A stretch of 64,000 nucleotides of DNA. It comes from Opitutia bacterium. Its GTDB lineage: Bacteria > Verrucomicrobiota > Verrucomicrobiia > Opitutales > Opitutaceae. The stretch is taken from contig CANJVR010000003.1 in NCBI GenBank assembly GCA_947478395.1, forward strand, positions 352,001-416,000, given 5' to 3'. The position numbers were made by a program, and so were the translations under genes. The notes under the pieces were generated by a model. The model was given only the letters and a program-made list of their open reading frames with translations, did no database searches and was not told the DNA's origin. Below, in pieces: positions 1 to 10,096 of this stretch; within the stretch, counting starts at the first letter, position 1, and each line of letters starts with the position of its first letter.

Positions 1-1106
1 GTCTGCGGCAGCGCCAGGGTCTGGGTCTGAGCCTCGCGGAGAAAGGCGTACGTGGCGTTGGTTTTGTCCTCGGGTGCCTTGTAGTTCGCGAGACTGACCC
101 AGTAAAAAGGGAAGTCGCCCTGACCGAAATGGCCGCGCCAGCCCGTGATCATGGCGGAAAAGAGCGCGTGATATTCGGACGCATGATCGGCGTTGCTTTC
201 GCCCTGGTACCAAAGCGCTCCGCGCAACGCGTACGGTAGCAGCGGATTTATCATGCCGTTAAAAAGACCGGTCGGAGTCCACGAATCGCCCGGGCCACGG
301 GGCGCGCGAGGTTTGGGGTTGTCCTTGAGAAACGTTTTATACGCGACGTCACTTTTCGCTTTTGCGACGGATTCCCGCTGATTCCAAGCGACCGAAGCGA
401 AGTCAAAAGCGGATTTCCTCGCGGGAAACTCAGCCAGGTTTTGAGCCCAGCGCTCATGCATAAAAGCGAAGTCCGGACGGCGGGCGGTCGCCGGGCTCAG
501 CCATGATTCGACAGGCGACCCGCTCCACGAACTATGCACGACACCGACGGGCACGTTGAGCTTTTTAAAAATATCTCGGGCAAAAAAATAACCCACCGCG
601 GTAAAGTTTCCGACGGTCTCCGGTGCGGCCTGCAGCCAACCGCTGGTGGCAACCGTGTCGGCGGGAGTCTCCGCGACCTGCCGCGCGATTTGCACGTGAC
701 GGATGAGCGGAAAGCGGGCGCTGGCGATTTCGGCCGCCGCGTTGTCGGACTGTTTCACTGTGAACTCCATGTTCGACTGGCCCGAGCACAACCAGACTTC
801 GCCGACGACCACGTCATGGAGGGTTACCGTGTTGTTTCCCGCGACGACGAGATCGGTGCCTTCGTTGCTGGCCGCCGAGGCCTCAAGAAAAACCATCCAC
901 CGGCCATCGCTGCTCGTGGTCGTGCCGAGCGTTTGACCGTGAAACGAAACGACGATGTGTTCTCCCGGCGCGGCTCGTCCCCAGACCGGAATGGGTTTCT
1001 CCCGCTGCAACACCGCGTGATTCGTGAAGAGCGGCGCGAGGGTCACCTCGGCGCGCAACGCACCCCCGAGCAATCCCAAGCATAAAAAACGTAGCGCTGG
1101 CTTCAT
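1..1106 (-). CDS. Sialate O-acetylesterase (SASA/SGNH) family protein, 3' end runs off window
   Basis: Manual translation from ATG at 1106: signal peptide MKPALRFLCLGLLGGALRA, then LFTNHAVLQREKPIPVWG and VVVGEVWLCSGQSNMEF, with later WSGSPVESW and LWYQGES motifs. Absent from the ORF track because it is open at the window edge. Confidence 0.9.
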   Translation of the reverse strand, partial: MKPALRFLCLGLLGGALRAEVTLAPLFTNHAVLQREKPIPVWGRAAPGEHIVVSFHGQTLGTTTSSDGRWMVFLEASAASNEGTDLVVAGNNTVTLHDVVVGEVWLCSGQSNMEFTVKQSDNAAAEIASARFPLIRHVQIARQVAETPADTVATSGWLQAAPETVGNFTAVGYFFARDIFKKLNVPVGVVHSSWSGSPVESWLSPATARRPDFAFMHERWAQNLAEFPARKSAFDFASVAWNQRESVAKAKSDVAYKTFLKDNPKPRAPRGPGDSWTPTGLFNGMINPLLPYALRGALWYQGESNADHASEYHALFSAMITGWRGHFGQGDFPFYWVSLANYKAPEDKTNATYAFLREAQTQTLALPQ

Positions 1107-1208
1107 CAAAATTAAGTTAGCCGCGGGGCGCATATTTCCGAGCGCCAAAAACGGTTGCGCACCCCGTGCCGGCTTGCGCCGTCGGAGCGCCCGACGAAAC
1201 TTTTCGTC

Positions 1209-2510
1209 ATGAACTCCCGCCTTTGTTTCGTCACGGTGTCTGTGCTGGGGCTCGTGAGCGCCACGCTGTTCGCGGCTCCCGCTCCGGCAATTACCGACGA
1301 GGCAAAAGTCCCGCCTTACCATCTGCCCGATCCGCTGCGCGCGGTCGATGGTACGGTGATTCGTGATGCGACCACTTGGCGGACCCGGCGCCGTCCGGAG
1401 TTGATCGAATTGTTTTCCCGCGAAGTGTACGGCCGTACGCCCTTCGGCCGGCCCGCGGCCATGCGCTTCGAAGTTACCTCCATCGATCGCCGCGCTTTAG
1501 GCGGCAAAGCCACGCGCAAGGAAATCACGCTTTGGTTCACGGGAAAAACGGACGGCCCGCGCCTGCACTTGCTGATCTATCAACCAAACGGCACGGGCGC
1601 TCCGCCGCCGGTTTTTCTCGGACTGAATTTTTTCGGCAACCACACCGTGAACGCTGATCCCGGCATTGCACTCGCCGAGCCGCTCACGTTCTACGATGTC
1701 GATCATTACCGGCCGGCCCCCTCGACGACGTCCGCTGCTTCGGACCAGCGCGGCGTGCACGCCTCGAAATGGCTCGTCGAAACCGTCATCGCGCGCGGCT
1801 ACGCCACCGCGACCGCCTGGTGCAACGACCTTTGTCCGGATCGAATCGATGGGTTGAAGGAAAACGTCGGTGCGCTTTCCGCCACGGGCGACACCGAGGC
1901 CCGCGCGGGCGACGCCTGGGGCGCGTTGGGAATTTGGGCGTGGGGCTTGAGCCGGGCGCTGGACTACATCGAGAGCGATCCGGAACTCGACGCGAAGCGC
2001 GTGGCAGTGCACGGGTTTTCCCGGCTCGGCAAAGCGGCCGACTGGGCCGCGGCGCAGGACGAACGTTTCGCGATGCTCATCTCCAACGAAAGCGGCTGCG
2101 GCGGCGCGGCGCTCAGCCAACGAATCTACGGCGAGACGGTGGCGATCATTAACGGCAAGTTTCCGCACTGGTTCGCCCGAAATTTTCGCCGTTACGACGA
2201 TAACGAAGCGGCGCTGCCGGTGGACCAGCATGAACTGCTCGCGTTGATTGCGCCGCGGCCGCTGTACGTTGCGAGCGCCGACGGCGACCAGTGGAGTGAT
2301 CCGAAAGGCGAATTTCTCGGCGCCAAGGGCGCGGAACCCGTTTACGCCCTATTCAACAAAAGAGGTTTGGGTGCTGCGGTGCCGCCGCCGCTCGACACAC
2401 CCATCGGCGAAATGATCGGTTACCACGATCGCACCGGTAAACACGACATGACCGACTACGACTGGGCGCAGTATTTGCGATTCGCTGATCGGCATTTTAA
2501 TCGGAATTAG
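1209..2510 (+). CDS. CE15 glucuronoyl esterase-like secreted protein
   Basis: Signal peptide, LPDPL, WAWGLSRALDY, nucleophile motif GFSRLGK, ESGCGG, DQHELLALIAPRPLYV, GKH. Confidence 0.88.
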   Translation: MNSRLCFVTVSVLGLVSATLFAAPAPAITDEAKVPPYHLPDPLRAVDGTVIRDATTWRTRRRPELIELFSREVYGRTPFGRPAAMRFEVTSIDRRALGGKATRKEITLWFTGKTDGPRLHLLIYQPNGTGAPPPVFLGLNFFGNHTVNADPGIALAEPLTFYDVDHYRPAPSTTSAASDQRGVHASKWLVETVIARGYATATAWCNDLCPDRIDGLKENVGALSATGDTEARAGDAWGALGIWAWGLSRALDYIESDPELDAKRVAVHGFSRLGKAADWAAAQDERFAMLISNESGCGGAALSQRIYGETVAIINGKFPHWFARNFRRYDDNEAALPVDQHELLALIAPRPLYVASADGDQWSDPKGEFLGAKGAEPVYALFNKRGLGAAVPPPLDTPIGEMIGYHDRTGKHDMTDYDWAQYLRFADRHFNRN

Positions 2511-2542
2511 CGCGGGCGGACGCTCCGCACGACTCACGCCCG

Positions 2543-4030
2543 TCATGGTTGGTTTCCCTCCGTGGACTGGAGGGGACGATTTAAAAAGTCGCGCAATTCG
2601 CCCGCGAGCTTCGGGCCGAAGCCGGCGATCTCGCGGATCTGTTCCACGTCCGCCGCCCGCAGGCGGTCGATGCTGCCGAAGTGGGCCAGCAATGCCGCGC
2701 GTCGCACTGGGCCCAGACCGGGAAAATCGTCGAGCACACTTTCGCGGATTTTACGCGTGCGCAAATCGGCGCTGTACGTGTTGGCGAAACGGTGGGCTTC
2801 GTCGCGCAGCCGCTGGAGCAAATTAAGTGCGGGCGAATTGAGCGGTAGATTAAGCGGCGGACGCTCGTCGGAAAAAATGATGGTCTCATGTTTTTTCGCG
2901 AGGCCGATCAAGGCCGGCGGCGTGAGGTCGAGGGCGATGAACGCCTTCAACGCGGCCCCAATCTGGCCGCGGCCGCCATCGATCACGACGAGATCTGGCA
3001 TCGGCTTACCTTCGTCGCGCAGGCGCCGGTAGCGCCGGCCGACGACTTCTTCCATCGCGCGAAAATCGTCGTTGCCGACGAAGCTTTTGATTTGGAAGCG
3101 ACGGTAGTTGTCCTTGTCTGGGCGGCCGTCGGCGAACCGCACCATCGAGGCGACCACGAACGTCCCGGAAATGTGTGAAATGTCGAAGCACTCGAGAATC
3201 CGCGGCGGCGGATCGAGTGCGAGCGCTGCGCCCAAGGCGCGCACCGCTTCGACGCTCGCGTCGGGGAGCGTGGGATCGATGCGCTCAAACGTGCGCGTCT
3301 TCGCGAGCGTTTTTTCGAGCGCGAAAACGACGTCGCGCAATTCCGCGGCTTTTTCAAAGTTTTGTTTCTCGGCCGCGGCGCGCATTTCGGTCCGGAGCGT
3401 TTCCAGCCATTCACGGGATTTTCCCTCCAGAAACGTGCAGCCCTCGTCGACCCGGCGCCGGTAATCGTCGGTCGTGGTGAGATTTTTAAAACTGTAAATT
3501 TCCTCGCGCACGTCGTCGTAGAGCTGCCACGTGCCATCGGGCAATTTCTTCGGCGTCGCATCACCGAGCAAGATACCGAATTGCCGACGCATCTGCGCCA
3601 GGGTCTTGCGCAGGAGGCCGCTGTGCGCGAACGGACCGAAATGCCGCGAGCGCTCATCTTTTTTGAAACGTGTCAGACGAAAACGCGGCAACTCCTCGCC
3701 GGGATCGACCCGCACGAGCAAGAAGCGTTTGTCGTCGGTGAAGTCGGTGTTGTATTTCGGCTTCCACTGCTTGATCAGCTTGCCCTCGAGCAGCAGGGCC
3801 TCGGGCTCGGACTTCACTTCGTGGACATCGAAGTCAGCGATCATCTCGATTAACGCCCGGATTTTCGGGTGCCACGTCATCGCCCGTGACGGCGTGAAAT
3901 AAGACGAGACGCGTTTCTTCAGGCTCTTGGCTTTGCCCACGTAGATGATCCGTCCAAGCCGGTCTTTCATCAGATAGATCCCGGGCTTATCGGGCAGACG
4001 TCGGACTTTTTCTTTTAAATCGGAGCTCAC
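2543..4030 (-). CDS. uvrC: Excinuclease ABC subunit C
   Basis: GIY-YIG (PGIYLMKD...YVGKAKSL), UVR domain FEKAAELRD, ECFDISH, IDGGRGQ, RDEAHRFA, HhH pair. GTG start at 4030 chosen. Confidence 0.95.
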   Translation of the reverse strand: MSSDLKEKVRRLPDKPGIYLMKDRLGRIIYVGKAKSLKKRVSSYFTPSRAMTWHPKIRALIEMIADFDVHEVKSEPEALLLEGKLIKQWKPKYNTDFTDDKRFLLVRVDPGEELPRFRLTRFKKDERSRHFGPFAHSGLLRKTLAQMRRQFGILLGDATPKKLPDGTWQLYDDVREEIYSFKNLTTTDDYRRRVDEGCTFLEGKSREWLETLRTEMRAAAEKQNFEKAAELRDVVFALEKTLAKTRTFERIDPTLPDASVEAVRALGAALALDPPPRILECFDISHISGTFVVASMVRFADGRPDKDNYRRFQIKSFVGNDDFRAMEEVVGRRYRRLRDEGKPMPDLVVIDGGRGQIGAALKAFIALDLTPPALIGLAKKHETIIFSDERPPLNLPLNSPALNLLQRLRDEAHRFANTYSADLRTRKIRESVLDDFPGLGPVRRAALLAHFGSIDRLRAADVEQIREIAGFGPKLAGELRDFLNRPLQSTEGNQP

Positions 4031-4044
4031 GTGGAATGAAAATA

Positions 4045-6054
4045 TTAGCGCACCGTGGGCGGAAGCGCCACTGGAGTCGCGGCCATTTCTGCCGGGGCTT
4101 CCAGCAAGGCGGTTCGTAGGTCGTCGTCCGAGAGGCGCCAGACCAACAGGGTGTGGGCGATTTGTGCGACTGGCTGATGGTGACGCAGCCAGGCAAAAAG
4201 TCGTGCGCAACGGAGATCATTGAGCGCACGAAATTCCGCGGACCAATACGAATCGCCCTTTTCGGCCATCAACCGTCGCGCTTCCGCTGGCGTCGCGGTG
4301 TAGTAGCGGGCGAACGCCGCCGATGCCGCCTGATAGCGGGTTTCGTAGACTTGATTCCACGGTCCGAAGGCGGGCGCATAAACCTGGAGCAAGGTGGTGC
4401 TGACCACGAAAAGCCCGGGTTGAAGCGGAGAAAGTCCGCGAGTTTCCGCTCCGTAGTAGGTGGTGAGGGACACGGCCGAAATCCCGTAGTCGGCCGGCGT
4501 GCCCATACCGAAATACCCGAAATGGATGGGTTCCTTCTCGCGTTGATGATCGCGGAGCCAGTCGCGTAGCGCCGGCAAGTCCATGCCCCAGTCGAGCGAG
4601 CTGTCGACGAGATGGCGCCAGGCTTGATCGGGTCCACCGGAGATCCGGTTGAAAAATGCAAGGTAGTGCGGACGGATCATCCATGATTCGAGCGCAAACG
4701 CCGCGACCAACGCCGCGATGCCTCCGCGCCGCCACGCGGGCGCCCCGGCTAATGCCGGCCACGCTGCTCCCGCCAAGATGTACAAAGGCGGTAGCAAGGG
4801 CAGAAGATGCCGGTGCCCGATGTTGAGCCGCGCGAATACGAGCGTGCCGCCGAACACAAAAATAACCGTGAGCAGCGGGGCAAACGGATACCAGGCGGCT
4901 GCTGTAGCGCAGCGCCGCACAAGCGCGATCGATGCGACAAGGAATAGCGGGAAAAAAGCCAGCGGCATTTTGACCAGAAACGCGTAGGGAAAAAATCCAG
5001 GCCAATGACCGAAACCGTAGTCTCCGTTGAAAAACGCGTAGCGATACGCGCTGGCGCGCCATACAAACTCATAGCCGAAAAGATACGCTTTCGGGAGCAG
5101 CCGGGCCGCGTCCAAGGCGTGCAGCAGGCGGATCGGCCAGCCGAGCTCGCCGTCGAATTGCACGGCAAATGGATTCGTGGTTGGGATCGAACCGGGCGTC
5201 GGCAGAAAACGGAAATTGTAGGCGGCCCAAATTGCGCCCCATGTGAACATGAGGTGAAGGAGGAGCAGCGCGGCGATTCCTGTCCCGATGGACGCACGTG
5301 ACCGCCATGCACGTTGGCGGCCGACCTTGAGGGGCCAGGTGCCACGTTGCGCGCAGCGTACGAAGCCTAGCACAAGCGCGATGGGCAGAATCAACGGCGC
5401 CGACATTTTTGTCAGAAAAAGCAGTGCGAACAACGATACGCTAAGGAAGAACCGCGTCACGGTGATGCGTTGCAGCAGTTGCCACCATGCGTAGGTCGCG
5501 CCGAGGAGAACGCCCGCGAAAGCGAGGTCGGAGGTCACGAGGCTGCCGTGCGCAAGAAGCGCGGGACAAAAAACCGCGAGGCCCAGCGCCACGAAACCGC
5601 CGCCGGTGCCATGCAGCGAACGGGCCCAGAAAAAAATCAATGCGGCCGTCGCGGCGCCCAGCAACGCGATCATCGCGCGCGTCGACGCCAGAATTTGATC
5701 GGGGTCGTTGGTGGGGCGGTTTAGGAGCGACGCGCCGAGTCCCCAGACATCCGGTTGCTGCCACGCGGGGTCGGTCGCCGGCGGCAAGACCGGGCGAGAG
5801 ACCAGCAAAGGCAGAGTGGCCCAGCGTTGCGGAAAATTTCCATTCTCGGGCTGCAAACGAAAATCGCCTTTAAGCCAGTAAGCGTAGCCGGCGGCTAAAT
5901 GAGCCGGCTCGTCGAATGCGACTGATTTCGAGCGGGCCGCGGACAACGCCATGGCGACATAGCTGCCGAGCAGGACGATAACAAGCAGGCCAACCCCGAT
6001 CGACCTTCGGCCGGGGCGGCCGGCCGGGGGGTGATCTCGCGCGGGGGTTGGCAT
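4045..6054 (-). CDS. GT39/ArnT-PMT-like integral membrane glycosyltransferase
   Basis: FDEPAHL motif after TM1, many hydrophobic segments, LNIGHRHLLP, DSSLDWG. Confidence 0.75.
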   Translation of the reverse strand: MPTPARDHPPAGRPGRRSIGVGLLVIVLLGSYVAMALSAARSKSVAFDEPAHLAAGYAYWLKGDFRLQPENGNFPQRWATLPLLVSRPVLPPATDPAWQQPDVWGLGASLLNRPTNDPDQILASTRAMIALLGAATAALIFFWARSLHGTGGGFVALGLAVFCPALLAHGSLVTSDLAFAGVLLGATYAWWQLLQRITVTRFFLSVSLFALLFLTKMSAPLILPIALVLGFVRCAQRGTWPLKVGRQRAWRSRASIGTGIAALLLLHLMFTWGAIWAAYNFRFLPTPGSIPTTNPFAVQFDGELGWPIRLLHALDAARLLPKAYLFGYEFVWRASAYRYAFFNGDYGFGHWPGFFPYAFLVKMPLAFFPLFLVASIALVRRCATAAAWYPFAPLLTVIFVFGGTLVFARLNIGHRHLLPLLPPLYILAGAAWPALAGAPAWRRGGIAALVAAFALESWMIRPHYLAFFNRISGGPDQAWRHLVDSSLDWGMDLPALRDWLRDHQREKEPIHFGYFGMGTPADYGISAVSLTTYYGAETRGLSPLQPGLFVVSTTLLQVYAPAFGPWNQVYETRYQAASAAFARYYTATPAEARRLMAEKGDSYWSAEFRALNDLRCARLFAWLRHHQPVAQIAHTLLVWRLSDDDLRTALLEAPAEMAATPVALPPTVR

Positions 6055-6126
6055 TTTTAAGTTAATGGTCTATATCGTGCGTTGATTGCGCCCGTCCTCC
6101 ATTTCAATCTTCCTCTCGTTTATCGC

Positions 6127-7419
6127 ATGCGCGTAGTCCGCTTCGAACTTCTAACTCTCGGTGACGAATTACTGCTGGGGCTCACCGCCAACGGTCACCT
6201 TACGTTCATCGGTGCTCAACTTGGCCGTCGTGGCGTCATGCTGGCCCGCAACGTTACGATCACCGACGAAGCCGACGCCATCGCTGCGCAATTTAGCGAA
6301 AGCTGGGCGCGTTCGGACGTCGTGATCACGACTGGCGGACTCGGTCCGACCTGCGACGATCGCACCCGCGAGGCCGTCGCGGCGGTGCTCGGACAGAAAC
6401 TAGTGAGAAATGAAAGCACCGTGCAGCACATGTTGGAGCGTTTCGCGCGGCTGGGGCGCAAGATGACGGATAATAATTTGAAGCAGGCCGATTGTTTTGA
6501 GCGGGGCGAAGTCTTGCCCAATGCGAATGGCACGGCGCCGGGACTTTGGGTTGAGCAGGACGGAAAAATTTTGGTCATGTTGCCCGGTCCGCCGAACGAA
6601 CTACAGCCGATGTTCACGGATCAGGTCATCCCGCGTCTGGCCCAGCGTGGTCTGCTGACCGCGCGCGAAGCCTACGTGCAAGTGCGTACGTCGGGCGTGG
6701 GCGAGAGTGCGCTCGAGACGCGGCTGCAGCCGGTGTTCGATCGCTTTGGCGACGCGCTCAGCATCGCGTTTTGCGCGCACGCGGGGCACGTCGACTGCCG
6801 CGTGAGTTCACCGAGCGGCCGGTTAAGCGATGAAGCATTGCAGGGCATCGCGGCGGAATGCGCCGGAATGCTCGGGGAAGACTTCGTGTGCTACGGCCAC
6901 GATTCGCTTTCAAAAGTCTGTGCGGACTTGCTGCGCGGGCAGGAAAAAACGCTCGCATTGGCGGAGACGGCGACGGGCGGATTGCTGGCGAATGCGTTTA
7001 CGGATATTAGCGGTGCGTCGAAATTTTTTGCCGGCGGCTGTGTCTGTTATTCCAACGAGTCCAAGATGCAGTTGCTCGATGTGCCGGAGTGTTTGCTCGC
7101 GCAGCATGGCGCGGTGAGCGCGGAAAACGCCGTGGCGATGGCGACGGGTGCCGCGGAAAAGTTGGGGGCGGATTATGCCATGGCGATCACCGGCTTCGCG
7201 GGCCCCTGCGGGGGAACGAAGGAAAATCCCGTCGGCACCATTTACATCGCGCTCCATGCACCGCATGGGATGTGGTCGAAAAAACTTAATTACCCGGGCC
7301 CGCGCCAGACGGTGAAACAACGGGCGGTCAACGCGGCGCTCGATTGGTTGCGGCGTGAATTGGTGCGAGCGGCGAATGGCACGAGTCTTCCCGCAGGACG
7401 GCACGGGGTGATGCAGTGA
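6127..7419 (+). CDS. cinA: CinA family protein (MoCF-like domain + PncC/CinA domain)
   Basis: LGDELLLG, TGGLGPTCDDRT, NANGTAPG, LPGPPNE, C-terminal YSNESK and AITGFAGP. Confidence 0.92.
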   Translation: MRVVRFELLTLGDELLLGLTANGHLTFIGAQLGRRGVMLARNVTITDEADAIAAQFSESWARSDVVITTGGLGPTCDDRTREAVAAVLGQKLVRNESTVQHMLERFARLGRKMTDNNLKQADCFERGEVLPNANGTAPGLWVEQDGKILVMLPGPPNELQPMFTDQVIPRLAQRGLLTAREAYVQVRTSGVGESALETRLQPVFDRFGDALSIAFCAHAGHVDCRVSSPSGRLSDEALQGIAAECAGMLGEDFVCYGHDSLSKVCADLLRGQEKTLALAETATGGLLANAFTDISGASKFFAGGCVCYSNESKMQLLDVPECLLAQHGAVSAENAVAMATGAAEKLGADYAMAITGFAGPCGGTKENPVGTIYIALHAPHGMWSKKLNYPGPRQTVKQRAVNAALDWLRRELVRAANGTSLPAGRHGVMQ

Positions 7420-7467
7420 GAGTTTTTTTGTAGTCAGGGTGAGCGCCCCCGCCCTCTAATTAGAAAC

Positions 7468-8379
7468 TCAGCCCAGCAAGTTTTTCAGCGCGGCCAGATA
7501 TTTTTCCTGAGTCCGGGCAATGACTTCGCCCGGCAAACGCGGCGCGGGCGGTTGCTGATCCCAACGCAGCGCCAGCAAATGATCGCGCACGAATTGTTTG
7601 TCGTAGCTCGGCGGTGAGCGGCCAGGCGCATAACTGTCGGCCGGCCAATAACGCGACGAATCAGGGGTGAGCACTTCGTCGATGAGGATGAGATTTCCTG
7701 CGGCGTCGGTGCCGAATTCGAATTTGGTGTCCGCGAGAATCATGCCGGCGGCGCGCGCGCGATCATGGCCGAATTGGTAAAGCGCGAGACTGGTGGCCTT
7801 CACTTTTTCATAGAGTGCGGCACCGATGGTGGCGGCGCCTTGGGCGTCGTCGATGGGCGTGTCGTGTTCGCCTTTGGGCGCCTTGGTCGTCGGCGTGAAA
7901 ATTGGCTGGGCGAGACGATCCGCCTGACGCAGTCCGGCAGGCAGCGCGGTACCGCAAACGCGGCCGGTTTTCTGATAGGAACTCCAGCCGCTGCCGATGA
8001 GGTAACCGCGGGCGACGCATTCGATCGGAAGCGGCTTTAGTTTCCGCACAATCATGCTGCGCAGTTGGAGATCGAGATCCGTAATACCGCGACGGGCGAA
8101 TTCTCCCGGCTGATCGGGCAAAAGGTGATTGGCGATCAGCCCGCAGGTTTGTTCGAACCACCATAGGCTCATTTGCGTGAGAATGATGCCTTTGCCGGGA
8201 ATCCCGTCGGGCAGGATCACGTCAAAGGCCGAGAGACGGTCCGTGGCCGTGAGCAGCAGGGCGTCGCCGAGATCAAAAATCTCCCTGACTTTCCCCGACG
8301 CGATCAGCGGAAACGGCAGGCCAGTGACCGTGGTGCGTGCGGTGGTGGGGAGCGCGGCGGCAATGGCGGCGAACGTCAT
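7468..8379 (-). CDS. purC: SAICAR synthetase
   Basis: SGKVREIF, TDRLSAFD, ECVARGY, ADTKFEFG, DEVLTPDSSRYW, DKQFVRD. Confidence 0.97.
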   Translation of the reverse strand: MTFAAIAAALPTTARTTVTGLPFPLIASGKVREIFDLGDALLLTATDRLSAFDVILPDGIPGKGIILTQMSLWWFEQTCGLIANHLLPDQPGEFARRGITDLDLQLRSMIVRKLKPLPIECVARGYLIGSGWSSYQKTGRVCGTALPAGLRQADRLAQPIFTPTTKAPKGEHDTPIDDAQGAATIGAALYEKVKATSLALYQFGHDRARAAGMILADTKFEFGTDAAGNLILIDEVLTPDSSRYWPADSYAPGRSPPSYDKQFVRDHLLALRWDQQPPAPRLPGEVIARTQEKYLAALKNLLG

Positions 8380-8452
8380 ACGGGAGAATTCAAGGGAGTG
8401 CCGTCATGAGTCAGCAGAAAATAGCGGTCAGGGCCGGGTGAAATAAAAGTCC

Positions 8453-8480
8453 TTGCGCGAGGCAGGTCGCGCCGTACCGT
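8453..8480 (+). promoter_or_regulatory. Sigma70-type promoter of tRNA-Glu
   Basis: TTGCGC-16 bp-TACCGT, with an A-rich tract upstream and a GC-rich discriminator downstream, 16 nt before the tRNA. Confidence 0.6.
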
Positions 8481-8496
8481 CGGCCGTTCCAAGTTA

Positions 8497-8573
8497 GTCC
8501 CCATCGTCTAGCCTGGTTAGGACACTACCCTTTCACGGTAAGAACCGGGGTTCGAATCCCCGTGGGGACGCCA
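8497..8573 (+). tRNA. tRNA-Glu (TTC)
   Basis: GTCCCCA/TGGGGAC acceptor stem, D-loop GCCTGGTTAG, anticodon loop CT-TTC-AC, GGTTCGAATCC T-arm, encoded CCA. Confidence 0.98.
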
Positions 8574-8578
8574 ATTTT

Positions 8579-8612
8579 AAAAAGCCCGCCGCTCGAATGA
8601 GTTGCGGGCTTT
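8579..8612. terminator. Intrinsic terminator, probably bidirectional
   Basis: AAAGCCCGC...GCGGGCTTT hairpin between the tRNA and the convergent AAA ATPase gene. Confidence 0.75.
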
Positions 8613-8650
8613 GTGCTTTCAGGGCGGGCAGCAGTGGCGTTCCCGGCGGT

Positions 8651-9319
8651 TTATTTTTTTCGCCGAAGCGGCTGGCTTTCCCGGGGGCGGACGGCGAGGT
8701 CTGCGACCATCGTGTTGAGCTCGGCGAGACCGAACCCGATCTTTTTGAAAAACGAGTCGTCGTGCCGTACCACGACGAACCGCGAATGGTGCGTCCATAG
8801 TTTGCGGAGCCGGGCATCGAGCTTCGCGGCCTGCTTGATCGATTCATTGCGCACGGGATTGCCGCCCTCCACCTGCAGGCCGCCTATGGCGGCGCTCTCA
8901 AAAAAAATCACGCCGTCATAACGCGCGAGTTCGTGCTCGAGGGTGGTGCCGAGCGCGTCGAAAAAATCGCCCGGTGCTCCAGGCCAATAGGCCGCGCCAT
9001 CTACCGTGCCGCGGTCGCAGAGCAGGATGCGGTCGGGGTAGCGCGCGGATTGCACGTCCTCGAGATTGCGTTGTACGTGGAAGATGGCGCGCTGCGCGGC
9101 GAGGAGGCCGGCGCGCTGGGTGTAGCGGGGAAAACCGCCGGAAAAAATTAACGTGGCCGCTTCTGGCACGACGACGACCCGCTCGCCGATTTCCCGGCGA
9201 AATAGGTCCGCCGCCGTGGTCTTTCCGCCGCCGGGCCCGCCGGTCAGCACGATGCGGCAGCGGCGGTCTCCGTTTTCGTCCTGCGATCGGTGGACGAGTT
9301 TGGGTTTAGGTCGCGCCAT
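8651..9319 (-). CDS. AAA_28 / NadR-Ttd14-like P-loop NTPase
   Basis: IVLTGGPGGGKTT Walker A, VPEAAT, LLCDRGTVDG. Confidence 0.8.
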   Translation of the reverse strand: MARPKPKLVHRSQDENGDRRCRIVLTGGPGGGKTTAADLFRREIGERVVVVPEAATLIFSGGFPRYTQRAGLLAAQRAIFHVQRNLEDVQSARYPDRILLCDRGTVDGAAYWPGAPGDFFDALGTTLEHELARYDGVIFFESAAIGGLQVEGGNPVRNESIKQAAKLDARLRKLWTHHSRFVVVRHDDSFFKKIGFGLAELNTMVADLAVRPRESQPLRRKK

Positions 9320-9417
9320 GGTCATGGTGGGGCGGATTTTTTCGGGATCGATAAGTGGAAGCGCGGTTGAAATTTCGTTCGTCTGGCTGCGCCCACGCGG
9401 CCTTTTGCGCGGTCTGG

Positions 9418-9720
9418 TCAGCGGCGGGCCCGGCGAAAAGCCGACACTGCGCCGAAGGCTCCGGGCAACCAGCGCAGCACCGTGCCGAGCAATTTGAAGC
9501 GAGGAAACGCCACCCGCACGGCGACCCCGGCCAGGGGACCCGCCGCGAACGTGGCGAAGGGTGCGAGCTGGCGCCAGAGACTGTAAGCGCGATCGATCCA
9601 CGCCAGCGGTTTACTCACCGCCGCTGCGACCTCAAGGTAGTGCACGCGGCGGTGGGCCATCGACTGACGCACCACGGCCTTGCGGCGGGCCAGCTGGTTT
9701 AATTCTCCTTGGGGATACAT
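9418..9720 (-). CDS. YqjK-like protein
   Basis: Basic amphipathic N-terminus plus hydrophobic C-terminus; third gene after ElaB/YqjD and YqjE-like genes. Confidence 0.6.
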   Translation of the reverse strand: MYPQGELNQLARRKAVVRQSMAHRRVHYLEVAAAVSKPLAWIDRAYSLWRQLAPFATFAAGPLAGVAVRVAFPRFKLLGTVLRWLPGAFGAVSAFRRARR

Positions 9721-10085
9721 GCGCGGTCTTCCTTGAGCTCATCGATGGTCGCAGCGAACGGCCGCGGCTGGCGCGCGAGGTAGCGCTGGAACGCGATGAC
9801 AATCGCCACCGCCGCACCTGAGTAGAGCAACGTCAGCCCACCCAGAACGGTGAGTCGCGCGCTTTCCCAGAAAAAATAAACCAGCGTGAGGCTCGCGAAG
9901 GTGAGGGCCATCGCGCCCGCAAACATCGCTGCACTGATCCAGATGAACGATTGGAGCAGGCGGAATTTCTCCTCCTGCAGCTCGAGCGAAACAAGTTCGA
10001 CCCGATCCTGCAGGCTGCCGAGGAGCGCGTCGCCGAGCTCGCGGAACGAGTCCAAGATGCCCGGCGGGCGATCGCGAGGGGACAT
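9699..10085 (-). CDS. YqjE-like (phage holin family) membrane protein
   Basis: RVELVSLELQEEK, two TM helices, PFAATIDELKEDR. Confidence 0.8.
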   Translation of the reverse strand: MSPRDRPPGILDSFRELGDALLGSLQDRVELVSLELQEEKFRLLQSFIWISAAMFAGAMALTFASLTLVYFFWESARLTVLGGLTLLYSGAAVAIVIAFQRYLARQPRPFAATIDELKEDRACIPKEN

Positions 10086-10096
10086 GGTCATCGCCC

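Noticed and set aside
9699..10085. 'Phage holin' as evidence of a prophage
   Set aside because: It is the YqjE member of the chromosomal yqjDEK cassette.
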